A DNA stretch of 64,000 nt from an uncultured delta proteobacterium. Its GTDB lineage: Bacteria > Myxococcota > Myxococcia > SLRQ01. The stretch lies in contig CAVSGM010000001.1 in NCBI GenBank assembly GCA_963727485.1, forward strand, positions 256,001 to 320,000, written 5' to 3'. The position numbers and the translations under genes are program-made. The notes under the pieces were generated by a model. That model ran no database searches. It saw only the letters and a program-made list of their open reading frames with translations, and was not told where the DNA came from. Shown in pieces: positions 42,559 through 58,831 of this stretch (its first letter is position 1; every line of letters starts with the position of its first letter).

Positions 42559-44328
42559 ATGACCCGACGCCTGTCCCTCCTCGTCCCCCTCGTCGTCCTC
42601 CTCGCCGCCTGCGGATCGCCCACGGGGCACGGGGGCGCTGACGGCGGCGCGGGCGACGGCGGCGGCGCGGCGGTCACCCTGAAGCTCGCCCCCGCCGACG
42701 CGACCCTCTCCACCGTCGACGGCCAGGTGCCGTCCCAGGCCTACACCCTCACCGCCGTCCACCCCGACGGCACCACCGAGGACGTCACCGCGGACGCGGC
42801 CTTCGGCCTCGCCGACGGGAGCCTCGGCTCGTTCGTGAAGGCGACCCTCACCGCCACCGGCACCGCCGCCGGGACCACCTCCGTGGAGGCCACGTGGCAG
42901 GGTCACCAGGCCACCGCCACGGTCCACTTCGCGGTGGTCCGCCACGACCTCGGCTCCGGGGTCGACCCCTCAATCCCCGGCGCCATCTCTGGCGCCACCG
43001 CCGACCCCGCCGACGCCCCGACGGTGGTCTACCCCTCGCCGAAGACCCTCTTCCCCACCAACCTCTCGGCCTTCGAGGTCCACTGGACGGGCCCGGCGGC
43101 GGTGAAGGACTACGCGGTGAACCTCAAGGGCCCCGGCGTCGACCTCACCCGCTACGTCACCGCCGACCCCAGCGGGAAGAACTACGCGAGCTTCGACGCC
43201 GGCACCTGGGCCCTCGTCGGCACCGCCGCCGCCGGGGCCACCGTCACCGTCACCGTCACCGGTCTCGATCCCGTCGCCGGCACCACCGGCGAGGACCACC
43301 TGGACGTCGCCGTGGCCCGGACCCGCCTCGACGGCGGCGTCTACTACTGGGCGGCGAAGAGCGCCGACGGGAGCCCCGAGGGCATCTGGCGCCACGACCA
43401 GGACCAGCCCGGGTCCGCGGCCGCGCCCTACTTCACCACCAACGACCTCGGGGGCACCGGCCACACCTGCGTCGCCTGCCACGTCCTCTCCCCCGACGGC
43501 ACCAAGATGGCGGTCACCTTCGACGGGGGCAACGGCCCCAGCACCCTGGTCGACGTGGCGACCAAGACCGCGATCATCGACGCCACCAACCACTTCCACT
43601 GGAACTTCGCCGCCTTCACCCCCGACGGCGCCAAGCTCCTCGGGTCGTTCAACGGTGCGCTCACCCTCTACGACGCCAGCAACGGCGGCACCCTGGGGAC
43701 GGTGACCACACCGGGCTACGGGACCCAGCCCCAGTTCTCCCCGAACGGCGACGCGGTGGTCTACGTCTCCCCCACCTCGCCCACCTCCGACTGGAAGTTC
43801 ACCGGCGGGCGGATCGTCCTCCAGCCCTACGACGCCGCCGCCGGCACCTTCGGCACCGCGAAGATCATCCACCAGCACGCCGGGTTCAACGACTACTACC
43901 CGGCGTTCTCCCCGGACGGGACCTGGCTGCTCTTCGACGAGTCCACCGAGGACGCCTACGACGACGCCTCGGCGCAGCTCTACGCCCTCCCCGCCGACGG
44001 CAGCGGCCCCGCCATCCGCCTCGACCAGGCCAACGTGAAGGGCGGGCTCACCAACTCCTGGCCGAGGTGGGCACCCTTCGCGGCGACCGCCACCGGGCCC
44101 GACGGCAGGGCCGAGCGCTTCTACTGGTTCACCTTCTCGTCCAAGCGGGCCTTCGGGGTGCGCATGGCCGCGGGCCGGCCCCAGATCTGGGTGGCGCCGT
44201 TCTTCCCCGACCGGGCCGCCGCGGGCCAGCCGCCGACCCTGCCGGCCTTCCGCCTCCCGGACCAGAGCCTCCAGTCGAACAACCACATCGCCCAGTGGAC
44301 CCAGCGGGTGGTGCTCCCGATCCACTAG
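42559..44328 (+). CDS. Lipoprotein with TolB/PD40-like beta-propeller
   Basis: LLAAC lipobox; repeats LSPDGTK, FTPDGAK, PQFSPNG, YPAFSPDG, NSWPRWAP; CVACH motif. Confidence 0.8.
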   Translation: MTRRLSLLVPLVVLLAACGSPTGHGGADGGAGDGGGAAVTLKLAPADATLSTVDGQVPSQAYTLTAVHPDGTTEDVTADAAFGLADGSLGSFVKATLTATGTAAGTTSVEATWQGHQATATVHFAVVRHDLGSGVDPSIPGAISGATADPADAPTVVYPSPKTLFPTNLSAFEVHWTGPAAVKDYAVNLKGPGVDLTRYVTADPSGKNYASFDAGTWALVGTAAAGATVTVTVTGLDPVAGTTGEDHLDVAVARTRLDGGVYYWAAKSADGSPEGIWRHDQDQPGSAAAPYFTTNDLGGTGHTCVACHVLSPDGTKMAVTFDGGNGPSTLVDVATKTAIIDATNHFHWNFAAFTPDGAKLLGSFNGALTLYDASNGGTLGTVTTPGYGTQPQFSPNGDAVVYVSPTSPTSDWKFTGGRIVLQPYDAAAGTFGTAKIIHQHAGFNDYYPAFSPDGTWLLFDESTEDAYDDASAQLYALPADGSGPAIRLDQANVKGGLTNSWPRWAPFAATATGPDGRAERFYWFTFSSKRAFGVRMAAGRPQIWVAPFFPDRAAAGQPPTLPAFRLPDQSLQSNNHIAQWTQRVVLPIH

Positions 44329-44357
44329 CGTGCCGGGCGTGTGCCCGGCGGGTGCCT

Positions 44358-44804
44358 TCAGTCGCCGACGTCGTCGACGGCGAGGCGGTGGGCGCGGTCG
44401 GGGGTGAGGTCGCCGTCGGCGAGGAGCTCGGGGAGCCGGGCGAGGATGCGCCGGGGGAGCACCCGCTCGATCTTGGAGATGACCCGGGTGATGGCCTCGT
44501 CCCAGGTGTCCTCGCCCTCGCGCTGGAAGCACAGCCGCGCCATGTAGAGGGCCGCGACCTCCTCCACCGAGAACGCCGGCCCCAGGCGAAGGCTCCGCGG
44601 CTCGAGGAGGCGCCAGCAGACCTGCCGCCCCTCCCGGTCCTGGACCAGGGGGATGCCGACCCGCTCGAGGATCTCCAGGTCCCGGTACACGGTGCGCACC
44701 GAGACGGTGAGCTCCCGGGCGAGGTCCCTCGCCGGGGCCCCGCCGCTCCGGCCCGCGAGGGCCTGGAGGAGCTGCCACTGTCTTGCAATCTGATCGCCGC
44801 GCAT
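44358..44804 (-). CDS. HTH_11 transcriptional regulator, like the N-terminal half of WYL/PafB proteins
   Basis: ARDLARELTVSVRTVYRDLEILERVGIPL, FSVEEVAAL, ISKIERVLP; ends before any WYL domain. Confidence 0.8.
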   Translation of the reverse strand: MRGDQIARQWQLLQALAGRSGGAPARDLARELTVSVRTVYRDLEILERVGIPLVQDREGRQVCWRLLEPRSLRLGPAFSVEEVAALYMARLCFQREGEDTWDEAITRVISKIERVLPRRILARLPELLADGDLTPDRAHRLAVDDVGD

Positions 44805-44898
44805 CGGTGTTCGAGCCCGTAGATGTCCCGAGAGAGTCTGCATGAGACCCGTGTCAGATCGGGACAAATCGGGGAGTTGCGCGATCGGTGTCCGCAGG

Positions 44899-44940
44899 CG
44901 AACACGAAGGACGTTCGCCAGCGAACACAAAACCGGTTCG
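44899..44940. promoter_or_regulatory. Tandem palindromic operator-like sites CGAAC-N9-GTTCG (x2)
   Basis: Copies at 44899-44917 and 44922-44940, 23-bp period, upstream of the HTH gene. Confidence 0.6.
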
Positions 44941-44951
44941 TCTGCGGGAGA

Positions 44952-46009
44952 TCAGGGGGGGCGGGCTTCGGGGCGCGCGGCGTGGGGGCGGCTCCGGCGG
45001 TCCCGGTGATCGCCGCGCCGTGGGGGCGCTCGTCGAGGGTCAGGGGCGTGACCGCGTAGCGCTGGCCGTCGGTGCGCACCCGCACCGGCCCCCCGACCAC
45101 CGTCACCGCCTCCGGGAGGTGCAGGGGCGGGCAGCCGCGGCCCGGGCGGGGCCGGCCGGTGAGGAGCACCCGGGCGCCGCTGCGCACCAGCCGCTCGAGG
45201 ACCGCCTCGCCGGGCCCGCAGCGCCCGGGGCCGGTGGAGACGATGGCCACCGCCGGGGACACCGCCCGGAGAAACGCCGCGGAGGTCGAGGTGTCGGCGC
45301 CCCCGGCGGAGACCCGGAGGACGTCGACGTGGCCCACCGCCGACCCCAGGGGGGTCTCCACGTCCGCGGTCCCCTCGCCGCCCCCGGGGAGCGCGCCGGC
45401 GGTGAGGTAGCGGAAGGCGCCGTCGGTGAGGAGCAGCGCCAGCGACCGCCCGGCGGCGTCGTGGACCTTCACCCGGGCGCCGCCTACCACCGCACCGTTC
45501 ACCGCCATCACCCGGGCGACCACGCCGTCCCCGAGGTCGATGCGGTCGCCGGGGCGGGCGGTGGTGTGGTGGCCGGCGGCGAGGGTGCCGTAGCCCAGGC
45601 ACTCGAGGCTGGTGCAGGTGAAGTCACGGCCGTAGTCGAGGAGGACGCCCCTTGGGACCGTGTCGTCGGCGGTCCCCGGCTGGCCGTCGCGACCGGCGAG
45701 GAGCATCACCAGCCCGCCCACGGTGGAGGTGGCGAGGTGGCTGACCACCACGTGGTCCGGGGGCAGGGCGTGGTGGCGGCGCAGGGTGGTGAAGAGGACC
45801 GCGGTCGAGGGGCCCGGGGGGCCGCCGTCGATGAGGAGGCTGTCCCCGCGCGGGGCGTCGACCAGGGTGGCCTCGCCGGCGCCCACGTCGAGGACGGTGA
45901 TCTCCAGGACCTGCTTGCCGGCGAGGGCCGGGGCGGTGGGGACCGGGGCGGCGGTGCGGCAGCCGGAGGCGGCGAGGACCAGGACGACGGCGGCGGCGCG
46001 GAGGCGCAT
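44952..46009 (-). CDS. ComEC/Rec2-like metallo-beta-lactamase-fold lipoprotein with degenerate metal site; stop probably lost through a homopolymer indel near 44955-44961
   Basis: LAASGC lipobox; ITVLDVGAGEATLV..LLIDGG; FLRAVSPAVAIVSTG; EAVLERL; VRTDG. Confidence 0.72.
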
Positions 46010-46036
46010 GGGGACGACGGGGGCCCGGGGGCGGCG

Positions 46037-47083
46037 CTAGCGGCGCAGGAAGATCAGCCCGGCGACGAGGAGGGCCAGGGCCCCGGCGGCGCCGAGGACC
46101 AGGGCCAGGAGCCGGCCGTGCCTGGCTTCGGCGACCTGCGGCGGTGGCGTCGCGGCGGGCGCGGTGGGGGGCGGCGCGGCCGGGGCCCTGGGGGCGGCGG
46201 CCTTCGCCGGGGCGGCCGGGGGCGCGGCGGTGTCGGCCCGGGCGGCGGGGGCGGGCGGCGCCGGGGCGGCGGGGGCGGCGGCCTTCGCCGGCGGGGACGC
46301 CGAGGGCGCGAAGGCCGCCCGGGAGGCGTGGAGCCGGGGCCGGGGATGGCGGCGCGGGATCCGGTGCCGGGGGTGGGGCCGGGGGGGCGCCGCCCGGGCC
46401 ACCACCCGGGCCGGGTGCCCGGCGTCGGCCTTGGCGTCGGCCTCGGCGAGGGCCACCGTCCCCCCGTCGGCCGCTCCGGCGGCCACCTTCCTGGCGCCGG
46501 CATCGGCGGTGCCCCCGTCGGGGGCGAAGGCGAGCAGCCGCGCCTTGGGTGGCGGCGGGAGGTCGGTGCTGTCGACCCGGGCCAGCATCGTCGGGGTCGC
46601 GCGCATCGCCAGGCGGTAGTGGTGCTGCGGGTCCTCGACCTTCGGCCGGGCGGCGAGGCGGGTGCGCACGTCGACGGCGAGGCCCTTCTGGGCGGTGAGG
46701 CGCAGGCCCCCGGCGAGGGTGATCTCGAAGTGGCGCCCGTAGGACGCCTGGCGATCCCAGGTGACCTCGAGGCTCACCTGGTGGGGCCCCGGCGCGACCG
46801 TCCCCGACCACAGCCGCACCGAGGTGATCCCGGGCCCCGCGGCGGCGCCGCCGAGGTGGACCACCTTCCCGTCGAGCCTGGCGGTGACCGTGTCGAGGAC
46901 CATCCCCTCGGGGCCCGCGGGCTCGATGGTGAGGCTAAGCCGGGGCGCCGGGATCTTCACCAGGGCGTGGAGCTCCTGGTCCAGCTCCTGGCGGGCCCGG
47001 GCCTCGTCGCTCCCGGCGGCGTGGGAGGCCGCCGGGGCCAGGATCACCAGGCAGGCGAGGATGATGCGGATGCGCACGAACAT
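46037..47083 (-). CDS. Hypothetical exported protein with beta-rich domain, Pro/Ala linker and C-terminal TM anchor
   Basis: Signal peptide MFVRIRIILACLVILAPAASHA; ends LLALVLGAAGALALLVAGLIFLRR. Confidence 0.65.
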   Translation of the reverse strand: MFVRIRIILACLVILAPAASHAAGSDEARARQELDQELHALVKIPAPRLSLTIEPAGPEGMVLDTVTARLDGKVVHLGGAAAGPGITSVRLWSGTVAPGPHQVSLEVTWDRQASYGRHFEITLAGGLRLTAQKGLAVDVRTRLAARPKVEDPQHHYRLAMRATPTMLARVDSTDLPPPPKARLLAFAPDGGTADAGARKVAAGAADGGTVALAEADAKADAGHPARVVARAAPPRPHPRHRIPRRHPRPRLHASRAAFAPSASPPAKAAAPAAPAPPAPAARADTAAPPAAPAKAAAPRAPAAPPPTAPAATPPPQVAEARHGRLLALVLGAAGALALLVAGLIFLRR

Positions 47084-47212
47084 GGACCTTCCCCCGGCCG
47101 GCATCCTACCATCCCCCCTGCCGCCGGGGGAGGGCACCCGGTCCCGCGCTTGCATTCCGTGGTATCGGTGTAAACTTCCGGGTCGGATTCCTGTGTCCGG
47201 GGGAAAAGAAGC

Positions 47213-47671
47213 ATGTCGCGCGTCCGATTCACCGTCGAGCTGGTCAAGCGTGGCCAGACCCTGTGCTTCGAGCTGCCAGAGGTGGCCAGCGCCAAGCTCG
47301 TGCACCGGGGACGGGTGCCGATCAGCGGGAGCCTCAACAGCTTCCCGGTCCACACCTCGATCTTCCCCGACGACGACGGTGGCCACTTCATGACCGTGAG
47401 CCCGGACATCCAGCGGATGGCCGGGGTGAAGGCCGGGGACCACGTGAAGGTCATCCTCGACCTCTCCAGCCAGCCGCGCACCGTCGAGGTGCCCGGCGAC
47501 CTGGCCCGGGCCCTGGAGCGGGTCGCCGAGGCCCAGGAGGCCTTCGAGCGCCTCGCCTACTCCCACCAGCGGGAGTACGTGGAGTGGATCGAGGAGGCCA
47601 AGCGCCCGGAGACCCGGGCCCGGCGGATCGAGAAGACCGTCGAGCGCCTCCGCGAGACCCCGGCGCCCTGA
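47213..47671 (+). CDS. YdeI/OmpD-associated family protein (DUF1905 + OmdA)
   Basis: GRVPISGSLN; VEVPGDLARAL..FERLAYSHQREYVEWIEEAKRPETRARRI. Confidence 0.88.
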   Translation: MSRVRFTVELVKRGQTLCFELPEVASAKLVHRGRVPISGSLNSFPVHTSIFPDDDGGHFMTVSPDIQRMAGVKAGDHVKVILDLSSQPRTVEVPGDLARALERVAEAQEAFERLAYSHQREYVEWIEEAKRPETRARRIEKTVERLRETPAP

Positions 47672-47699
47672 TCCGGCCACCGCGCGAGGCGCGGGGTAT

Positions 47700-47728
47700 T
47701 TGACCCGTCCCCGGTCGTGGCCTAGCTT
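47700..47728 (+). promoter_or_regulatory. sigma70-type promoter of the glgE operon
   Basis: TTGACC-N17-TAGCTT; AGGAG SD before ATG 47761. Confidence 0.65.
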
Positions 47729-47760
47729 CGCCAACGTTTCCCAGGCGAACCCAGGAGACG

Positions 47761-49884
47761 ATGGCGACGAAGGGCAAGGGCGGCGGCCGGAGGCCCCGGG
47801 CGAAGCAGGGCGACGAGCCCGCCGAGCCCCCCCGGACGCAGGCGGAAGGGCGGGCACGACCCGGGCCGAGCTCCGTCGTCCCCGCGCTCCCCGCCGGAGA
47901 CGGAGGCCGGCGCCGGGTGGTCATCGAGGCGGTCTCCCCGGAGATCGACGGCGGGCGCCACGCCGCCAAGGCGGTCCTCGGAGACGCGGTGCCGGTGGGC
48001 GCCGACGTCTACGCCGACGGCCACGATCTCCTCCGGGTGGTCTGCCGCTATCGCCGGGACGGTGACCGCGCCTGGCGCGAGGTCGCCCTGGCGCCCGAGG
48101 GGAACGACCGCTGGTCCGGGCGCTTCCCGGTCACCGGGCTCGGCCCCTGGCGCTTCACCGTGGTCGCCTGGATCGATCGCTTCGGGACCTGGCGCCGGGA
48201 CCTCGCCCGCAGACAGGCCGCGTCGGTGGTCACCGCCGCCGACCTCGCCCTCGGCGCCAACCTGGTCGACGCCGCCGCCGCCCGGGCCGAAGGCGACGAC
48301 GCCCGGGACCTCGCCCGGGTCGCCCGCCGGCTCCGGGGCCGGGGGCGCCTCGAGGCCCGGGTCGCCACCGCCCTCGAGGAGGGCCTCGCCGAGCGCGTCG
48401 CCCGTCACGCCGAGCGCACCTACGAGGTGACCTACGCCCAGGAGCTGCCGGTGTGGGTCGACCCGGTGCGGGCGCGCTTCTCCGCCTGGTACGAGCTCTT
48501 CCCCCGCTCGGCCTCCCCGGATCCCTCGCGCCCGGGCACCCTGAAGGACGTGGAGGCGCGGCTCCCCTACGTGGCCCGCCTCGGCTTCGACACCCTCTAC
48601 CTGCCGCCCATCCACCCCATCGGGCGGGCCAAGCGCAAGGGCCCCAACAACCGCACCGAGGCCGAGCCCGGCGATCCCGGGAGCCCCTGGGCCATCGGCA
48701 GCGCCGAGGGCGGGCACCTTTCGGTCAACCCCGAGCTGGGCACCCTCGACGACCTGCGGCGCCTGGTGGCCCGGGCCCGGGATCACTTCGGCCTCGAGGT
48801 GGCCCTCGACATCGCCTTCCAGTGCGCCCCCGACCACCCCTGGGTGAAGGCCCACCCGAGCTGGTTCGCCCACCGCCCCGACGGCACCCTCCAGTACGCC
48901 GAGAACCCGCCGAAGAAGTACGAGGACATCGTCCCCTTCGACTTCGAGAGCGCCGACTGGCAGGCCCTGTGGCAGGCGCTCCTCGGGGTCTTCGAGCACT
49001 GGATCGCCGCGGGGGTGAAGACCTTCCGCGTCGACAACCCCCACACCAAGAGCCTGCGCTTCTGGGCCTGGTGTCTGGAGGCGGTCAAGCGCCGGCACCC
49101 CGAGGTGGTCTTCCTCTCCGAGGCCTTCACCCGGCCGCGGGTGATGTACGGGCTGGCCAAGGTCGGCTTCACCCAGAGCTACACCTACTTCGCCTGGAAG
49201 AACGCCAAGTGGGAGCTCGAGCAGTGGTGGAACGAGACCCTGCGTCCGGAGATCCAGGCGATCTACCGGCCCAACCTCTGGCCCAACACCCCCGACATCC
49301 TCAACGCCTACCTCCAGGACGGCGGGGTGGGGGCGTTCCGGGTGCGCCTGGTCCTCGCGGCGACGCTGGGGGCGAGCTACGGGATCTACGGCCCCCCCTT
49401 CGAGCTGATGGCGCACACCCCGAGGGCGCCCGGGAGCGAGGAGTACCTCGACTCGGAGAAGTACCAGGTGCGCCACTGGGACCTCGACCGGCCGGAGAGC
49501 CTGGCGCCGCTGATCACCCGCATCAACCGCATCCGCCGGGAGAACCCGGCGCTCCACGGCTACACCGGCTTCGCCTTCCATCCGGTGGACAACGACCAGC
49601 TGATCTGCTTCTCCAAGCACACCGAGGATCTGTCGAACGTCATCGTGGTGGTGGCGAACCTCGACCCCCACCACCGCCAGAGCGGCTGGGTGACCCTGCC
49701 CCTCGAAGCGCTGGGGATCGCAGGCGACCGGCCCTACCAGGTCCACGACCTCATCGGCGACGCCCGCTACCTCTGGTCCGGCGCCACCAACTACGTGGCG
49801 CTCGACCCGGCGGTGATGCCCGCTCACGTGTTCCAGGTGCGCCGTCACCTGCGCACCGAGCGCGACTTCGACTACTACCTCTAG
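47761..49884 (+). CDS. glgE: Alpha-1,4-glucan:maltose-1-phosphate maltosyltransferase
   Basis: [57 protein letters not shown]. Confidence 0.96.
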   Translation: MATKGKGGGRRPRAKQGDEPAEPPRTQAEGRARPGPSSVVPALPAGDGGRRRVVIEAVSPEIDGGRHAAKAVLGDAVPVGADVYADGHDLLRVVCRYRRDGDRAWREVALAPEGNDRWSGRFPVTGLGPWRFTVVAWIDRFGTWRRDLARRQAASVVTAADLALGANLVDAAAARAEGDDARDLARVARRLRGRGRLEARVATALEEGLAERVARHAERTYEVTYAQELPVWVDPVRARFSAWYELFPRSASPDPSRPGTLKDVEARLPYVARLGFDTLYLPPIHPIGRAKRKGPNNRTEAEPGDPGSPWAIGSAEGGHLSVNPELGTLDDLRRLVARARDHFGLEVALDIAFQCAPDHPWVKAHPSWFAHRPDGTLQYAENPPKKYEDIVPFDFESADWQALWQALLGVFEHWIAAGVKTFRVDNPHTKSLRFWAWCLEAVKRRHPEVVFLSEAFTRPRVMYGLAKVGFTQSYTYFAWKNAKWELEQWWNETLRPEIQAIYRPNLWPNTPDILNAYLQDGGVGAFRVRLVLAATLGASYGIYGPPFELMAHTPRAPGSEEYLDSEKYQVRHWDLDRPESLAPLITRINRIRRENPALHGYTGFAFHPVDNDQLICFSKHTEDLSNVIVVVANLDPHHRQSGWVTLPLEALGIAGDRPYQVHDLIGDARYLWSGATNYVALDPAVMPAHVFQVRRHLRTERDFDYYL

Positions 49885-49891
49885 GACGGCC

Positions 49892-53254
<3,363 letters not shown>

Positions 53255-53255
53255 G

Positions 53256-55351
53256 ATGGACGCTCACGTGTCGGAGGCGCTCCAGGCCCTGGCCACCGCC
53301 TCCGGGGTGCAGCTCTCCTATACCGACCTCTCGGGGCAGCGGCAGGAGGCCTCCGACGAGGCGCTGCTGGCGGTGCTCGAGGTCCTGGGCGTGGGCCTGG
53401 CCCGCCCCGAGGACGCCGCCGAGCGCCTCGCCGCCGTCCACGCCGACCGGGCCCGGGCCCTGCTCCCGGCGGTGACCGTGGCCTGGGAGGGCCAGCCGGC
53501 GGCGCTCCACCTGCGCCTCCCGCCGGGGTCGGCGCGGCGGGTCGAGGGGGTGGTCGAGCTCGAGGACGGGACCCCCGTGGAGCTGGCCGCCGACCTCGAG
53601 CCGGTGGACGCGCCCGCCGCGGACGGGAGCCTCCGCCACCGCCTGCCGCTCCCGGCGGACCTGCCGGTGGGCTACCACCGGGTGCGCCTCTCGGCGGCCG
53701 GGCGCCTCGGCGAGGGGCACCTGCTGGTGGCGCCGTCGCAGGCCTTCTCCCCGGACGACGCCGGCCGGGACTCCGGGGTGGTCATGCCCCTCTACGCCCT
53801 CCGGGGCCGGGCCGCCGCGGGCCTCGCCGACCTCTCGGACCTCGAGGCGCTGGTGGACCTCGCTGCCCGGCACGGGGCGAAGGCGGTGGGCACCCTGCCG
53901 CTGCTCGCCTCGTTCCTCGACACGCCCTTCGAGCCCAGCCCCTACGCCCCGGCGAGCCGGCTCTTCTTCAACGAGCTCTACCTCGACCTCGAGGCCGTCC
54001 CCGAGCTCGCCGCCGCCAGCGAGGCCCGGGCGGTGCTGGGGTCCGGCGCCTGGCGCGCCCGGGCAAAGGCGGTAAGGGACGCCGACCTGGTGGACTACCG
54101 GGAGGCCGGGGCGCTGGTGCACGCGGTCCTCCAGCCCCTGGCCGACGCCGCCTTCGCCGGCACCGGTGCCCGGCGCGACGCCCTCGACGCCTTCATCCGC
54201 GCCCACCCCGAGGCCGAGGACTACGCCCGGTTCCGCGGGGCGCTGGCCGCCCGGGGCGAGGCCTTCTGGACCTGGCCGGCGGCGATGCGCGACGGCGAGA
54301 TCCAGACCGACGCCGTGGACCAGGCCGCCTGGCGCCGGCACCTCTACGCCCAGTTCGCCCTCGCCGAGCAGCTCGAGGGCCTCGCGGGCCGGGCCCGGGA
54401 CGCGGGGACCGAGCTCTACCTCGACCTCCCGGTGGGGGTGCACCCGGACGGCTACGACGTGTGGCGCGAGCGCGACGCCTTCGCCCTGGGCCTCTCCGCC
54501 GGCGCCCCCCCGGACCCGTTCTTCACCGGGGGCCAGGACTGGGGCTTCCCGCCGCTGCACCCGGCCCGGAGCCGGGAGACCGGCCACCACTACTTCGCCG
54601 CCTGCGTCCGCGCCCACATGCGCTACGCCGGCCGCCTGCGCATCGACCACGTGATGGGCCTCCACCGGCTCTTCTGGGTTCCCCGGGGCCTCGGGCCCCG
54701 GGAGGGCGTCTACGTGCGCTACCCCGCCGAGGAGCTGTGGGCGGTGGTGTGCATCGAGTCGCAGCGCCACCGGACCCGGGTGGTGGGCGAGAACCTGGGG
54801 ACCGTCCCCGAGGCGGTGAACGAGGCCATGGGCCGCCACCGCATCGGCGGGATGTACGTGGCCCAGTTCGCCGTGGGGACCGACGCCGGCCAGGCGGTGC
54901 AGCCGCCGCCCGCCGGGAGCACCGCCAGCTTCGACACCCACGACACCCCGACCTTCGCCGGGTGGTGGCACGGCGACGACATCGGGCAGCGGGTGGACCT
55001 GGGCTTCCTCGACCCGGGCGCCGCCGAGCACGAGCGGGGGCTGCGCGGGGCCCAGGTCGACGCCCTCAAGCGGTGGCTCGCGGGGATGGGCCTCGCCGCC
55101 GACGACGCCGAAGAGGCCGCCTGCCACCAGGCGCTGGTCACCTGGCTCGGGAGCACGGGCGCCGGCACCGTCCTGGTGAACCTCGAGGACGTGTGGGCCG
55201 AGCGCCACCCCCAGAACGTTCCGGGCACCCACCGCGAGGTGCCCAACTGGAGACACAAGGCGCGCCACCCCCTCGCCGAGATCGAGGAGATGGACGCGGT
55301 GAAGGACCTCCTCGAGGCCCTGGCCCGCGCGCGCCACACCGGGAGCCCGTG

Positions 55352-55352
<1 letters not shown>
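53256..55352 (+). CDS. malQ: 4-alpha-glucanotransferase (GH77)
   Basis: PSPYAPASR, LDLPVG, GAPPDPF..GQDWG, RIDHVMG, GENLG, THDTPT, NVPGT. Confidence 0.94.
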
Positions 55353-57546
<2,194 letters not shown>

Positions 57547-57700
57547 TCCAAATTCCGCAGCGGCGGCGGACCGTTTCGTCCAACTAGGGTGGATCCTCCC
57601 CTTTGCCCCACCTTCCCCCATGTCTAACTGAGAGGGGTAACGGGGGAGGCGGAGATGGCGCTGGCCACGTCGGCCAGGCGTCTCCGGCTGGGAAGGATCC

Positions 57701-58810
57701 ATGGATCTCCAGCGTGCGCCGCAAGGCCGGACACAACACCAGGGTTACGCAGAGCGCGTCCGACGGAAGGTGCGGCGCTACCGGCCCGACACCGATCGCG
57801 AGGCGCTCCTCGCCTTTCGCCGGGCCGCCTGGGGGGACGTGACCCAGGCGTCGGCGGCCTATCTCGACTGGCGCTACCCGGCGACCGACGGGGAGATCCC
57901 CCTGTGGGTCGTCAGCGAGGACGGCCGCATCGTGGCCACCCAGGGCGCGGTGCCGGTGCCCCTCACCGTCGAGGGCACCGTGTACCGCGGGGCCTGGCTC
58001 ATCGAGCTCTTCGTGGACCCGAAGCACCGGTGGCGGGGCCTCGGGGCCGCGCTGACCCTGGTGGCCAGCGAGGGCTTCGAGGTGGTGATGGGCACCGAGC
58101 TCTCCGACGCCGCCTGGCAGACCTTCGACCGGGCCGGGTGGACCGATCTGGGGACCCTGCCGCTCTGGGCCCGGCCCCTCGACCTGGACGAGGTGCTGGC
58201 CACGCGCTTCCCGGGCCGGGTGCCGGAGGTGGCGCGGCGCGCGGCGGGGCCGGCGCTCCGGGCCGTCGACGCCACCGTCGACGGGCTCCTCGCCATCGCG
58301 GGCCTCGAGGTCCGGGAGGTCCGCCGCTTCGGGGACGAGGTGGACGCCCTGTGGCAGGAGGTGGGCGGGACCTCCCCGGTGATCGCCCGCCGGGACGCGG
58401 CGATCCTCAACCAGCGCTTCGCCGCCTATCCCGAGCCCGGGCGCTACCGGCTCCAGGCCTTCCACCGGGGCCGGCGCCTGGTGGGCTGGTCGGTGCTCCG
58501 CCTCGGCGAGCGCCACGGCCTGCCCTCGGGCGAGGTGGTCGACTTCCTCGCCGCGCCGGGCTTCACCCTCCCGGTGCTGGCCCGGAGCCTCCGGGTGCTC
58601 GCCCGGGCCGGGGCCCGGATGGCCTACGTGATTCATCTCGGACCCGATGCCGATGCCCTGCGGTGGCTCGGGTTCTCCCGGCGCGACACCGGCTGGCGCA
58701 CCATGGTGAACGCGCCGGGGCTCCCGGCGGCGTCGCAGGCGCGCGTCTCCCGGCGGGACGGGTGGTACCTCACCGCGGGCGACAGCAATCTCGACCGGCC
58801 ACGGGAGTGA
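57701..58810 (+). CDS. GNAT-family N-acyltransferase (tandem GNAT-like)
   Basis: YLDWRY, FVDPKHRWRGLG acyl-CoA motif, RRDAAILNQRF, terminal WYLTAGDS. Confidence 0.75.
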   Translation: MDLQRAPQGRTQHQGYAERVRRKVRRYRPDTDREALLAFRRAAWGDVTQASAAYLDWRYPATDGEIPLWVVSEDGRIVATQGAVPVPLTVEGTVYRGAWLIELFVDPKHRWRGLGAALTLVASEGFEVVMGTELSDAAWQTFDRAGWTDLGTLPLWARPLDLDEVLATRFPGRVPEVARRAAGPALRAVDATVDGLLAIAGLEVREVRRFGDEVDALWQEVGGTSPVIARRDAAILNQRFAAYPEPGRYRLQAFHRGRRLVGWSVLRLGERHGLPSGEVVDFLAAPGFTLPVLARSLRVLARAGARMAYVIHLGPDADALRWLGFSRRDTGWRTMVNAPGLPAASQARVSRRDGWYLTAGDSNLDRPRE

Positions 58811-58831
58811 CCGGCGCAGTCAGGGGGGCAC

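Noticed and set aside
44129..44951. 626-aa ComEC-like ORF extending over the HTH gene
   Set aside because: The extension crosses an operator-rich intergenic region and another gene; one more base in the G run at 44955-44961 gives a stop at 44952.
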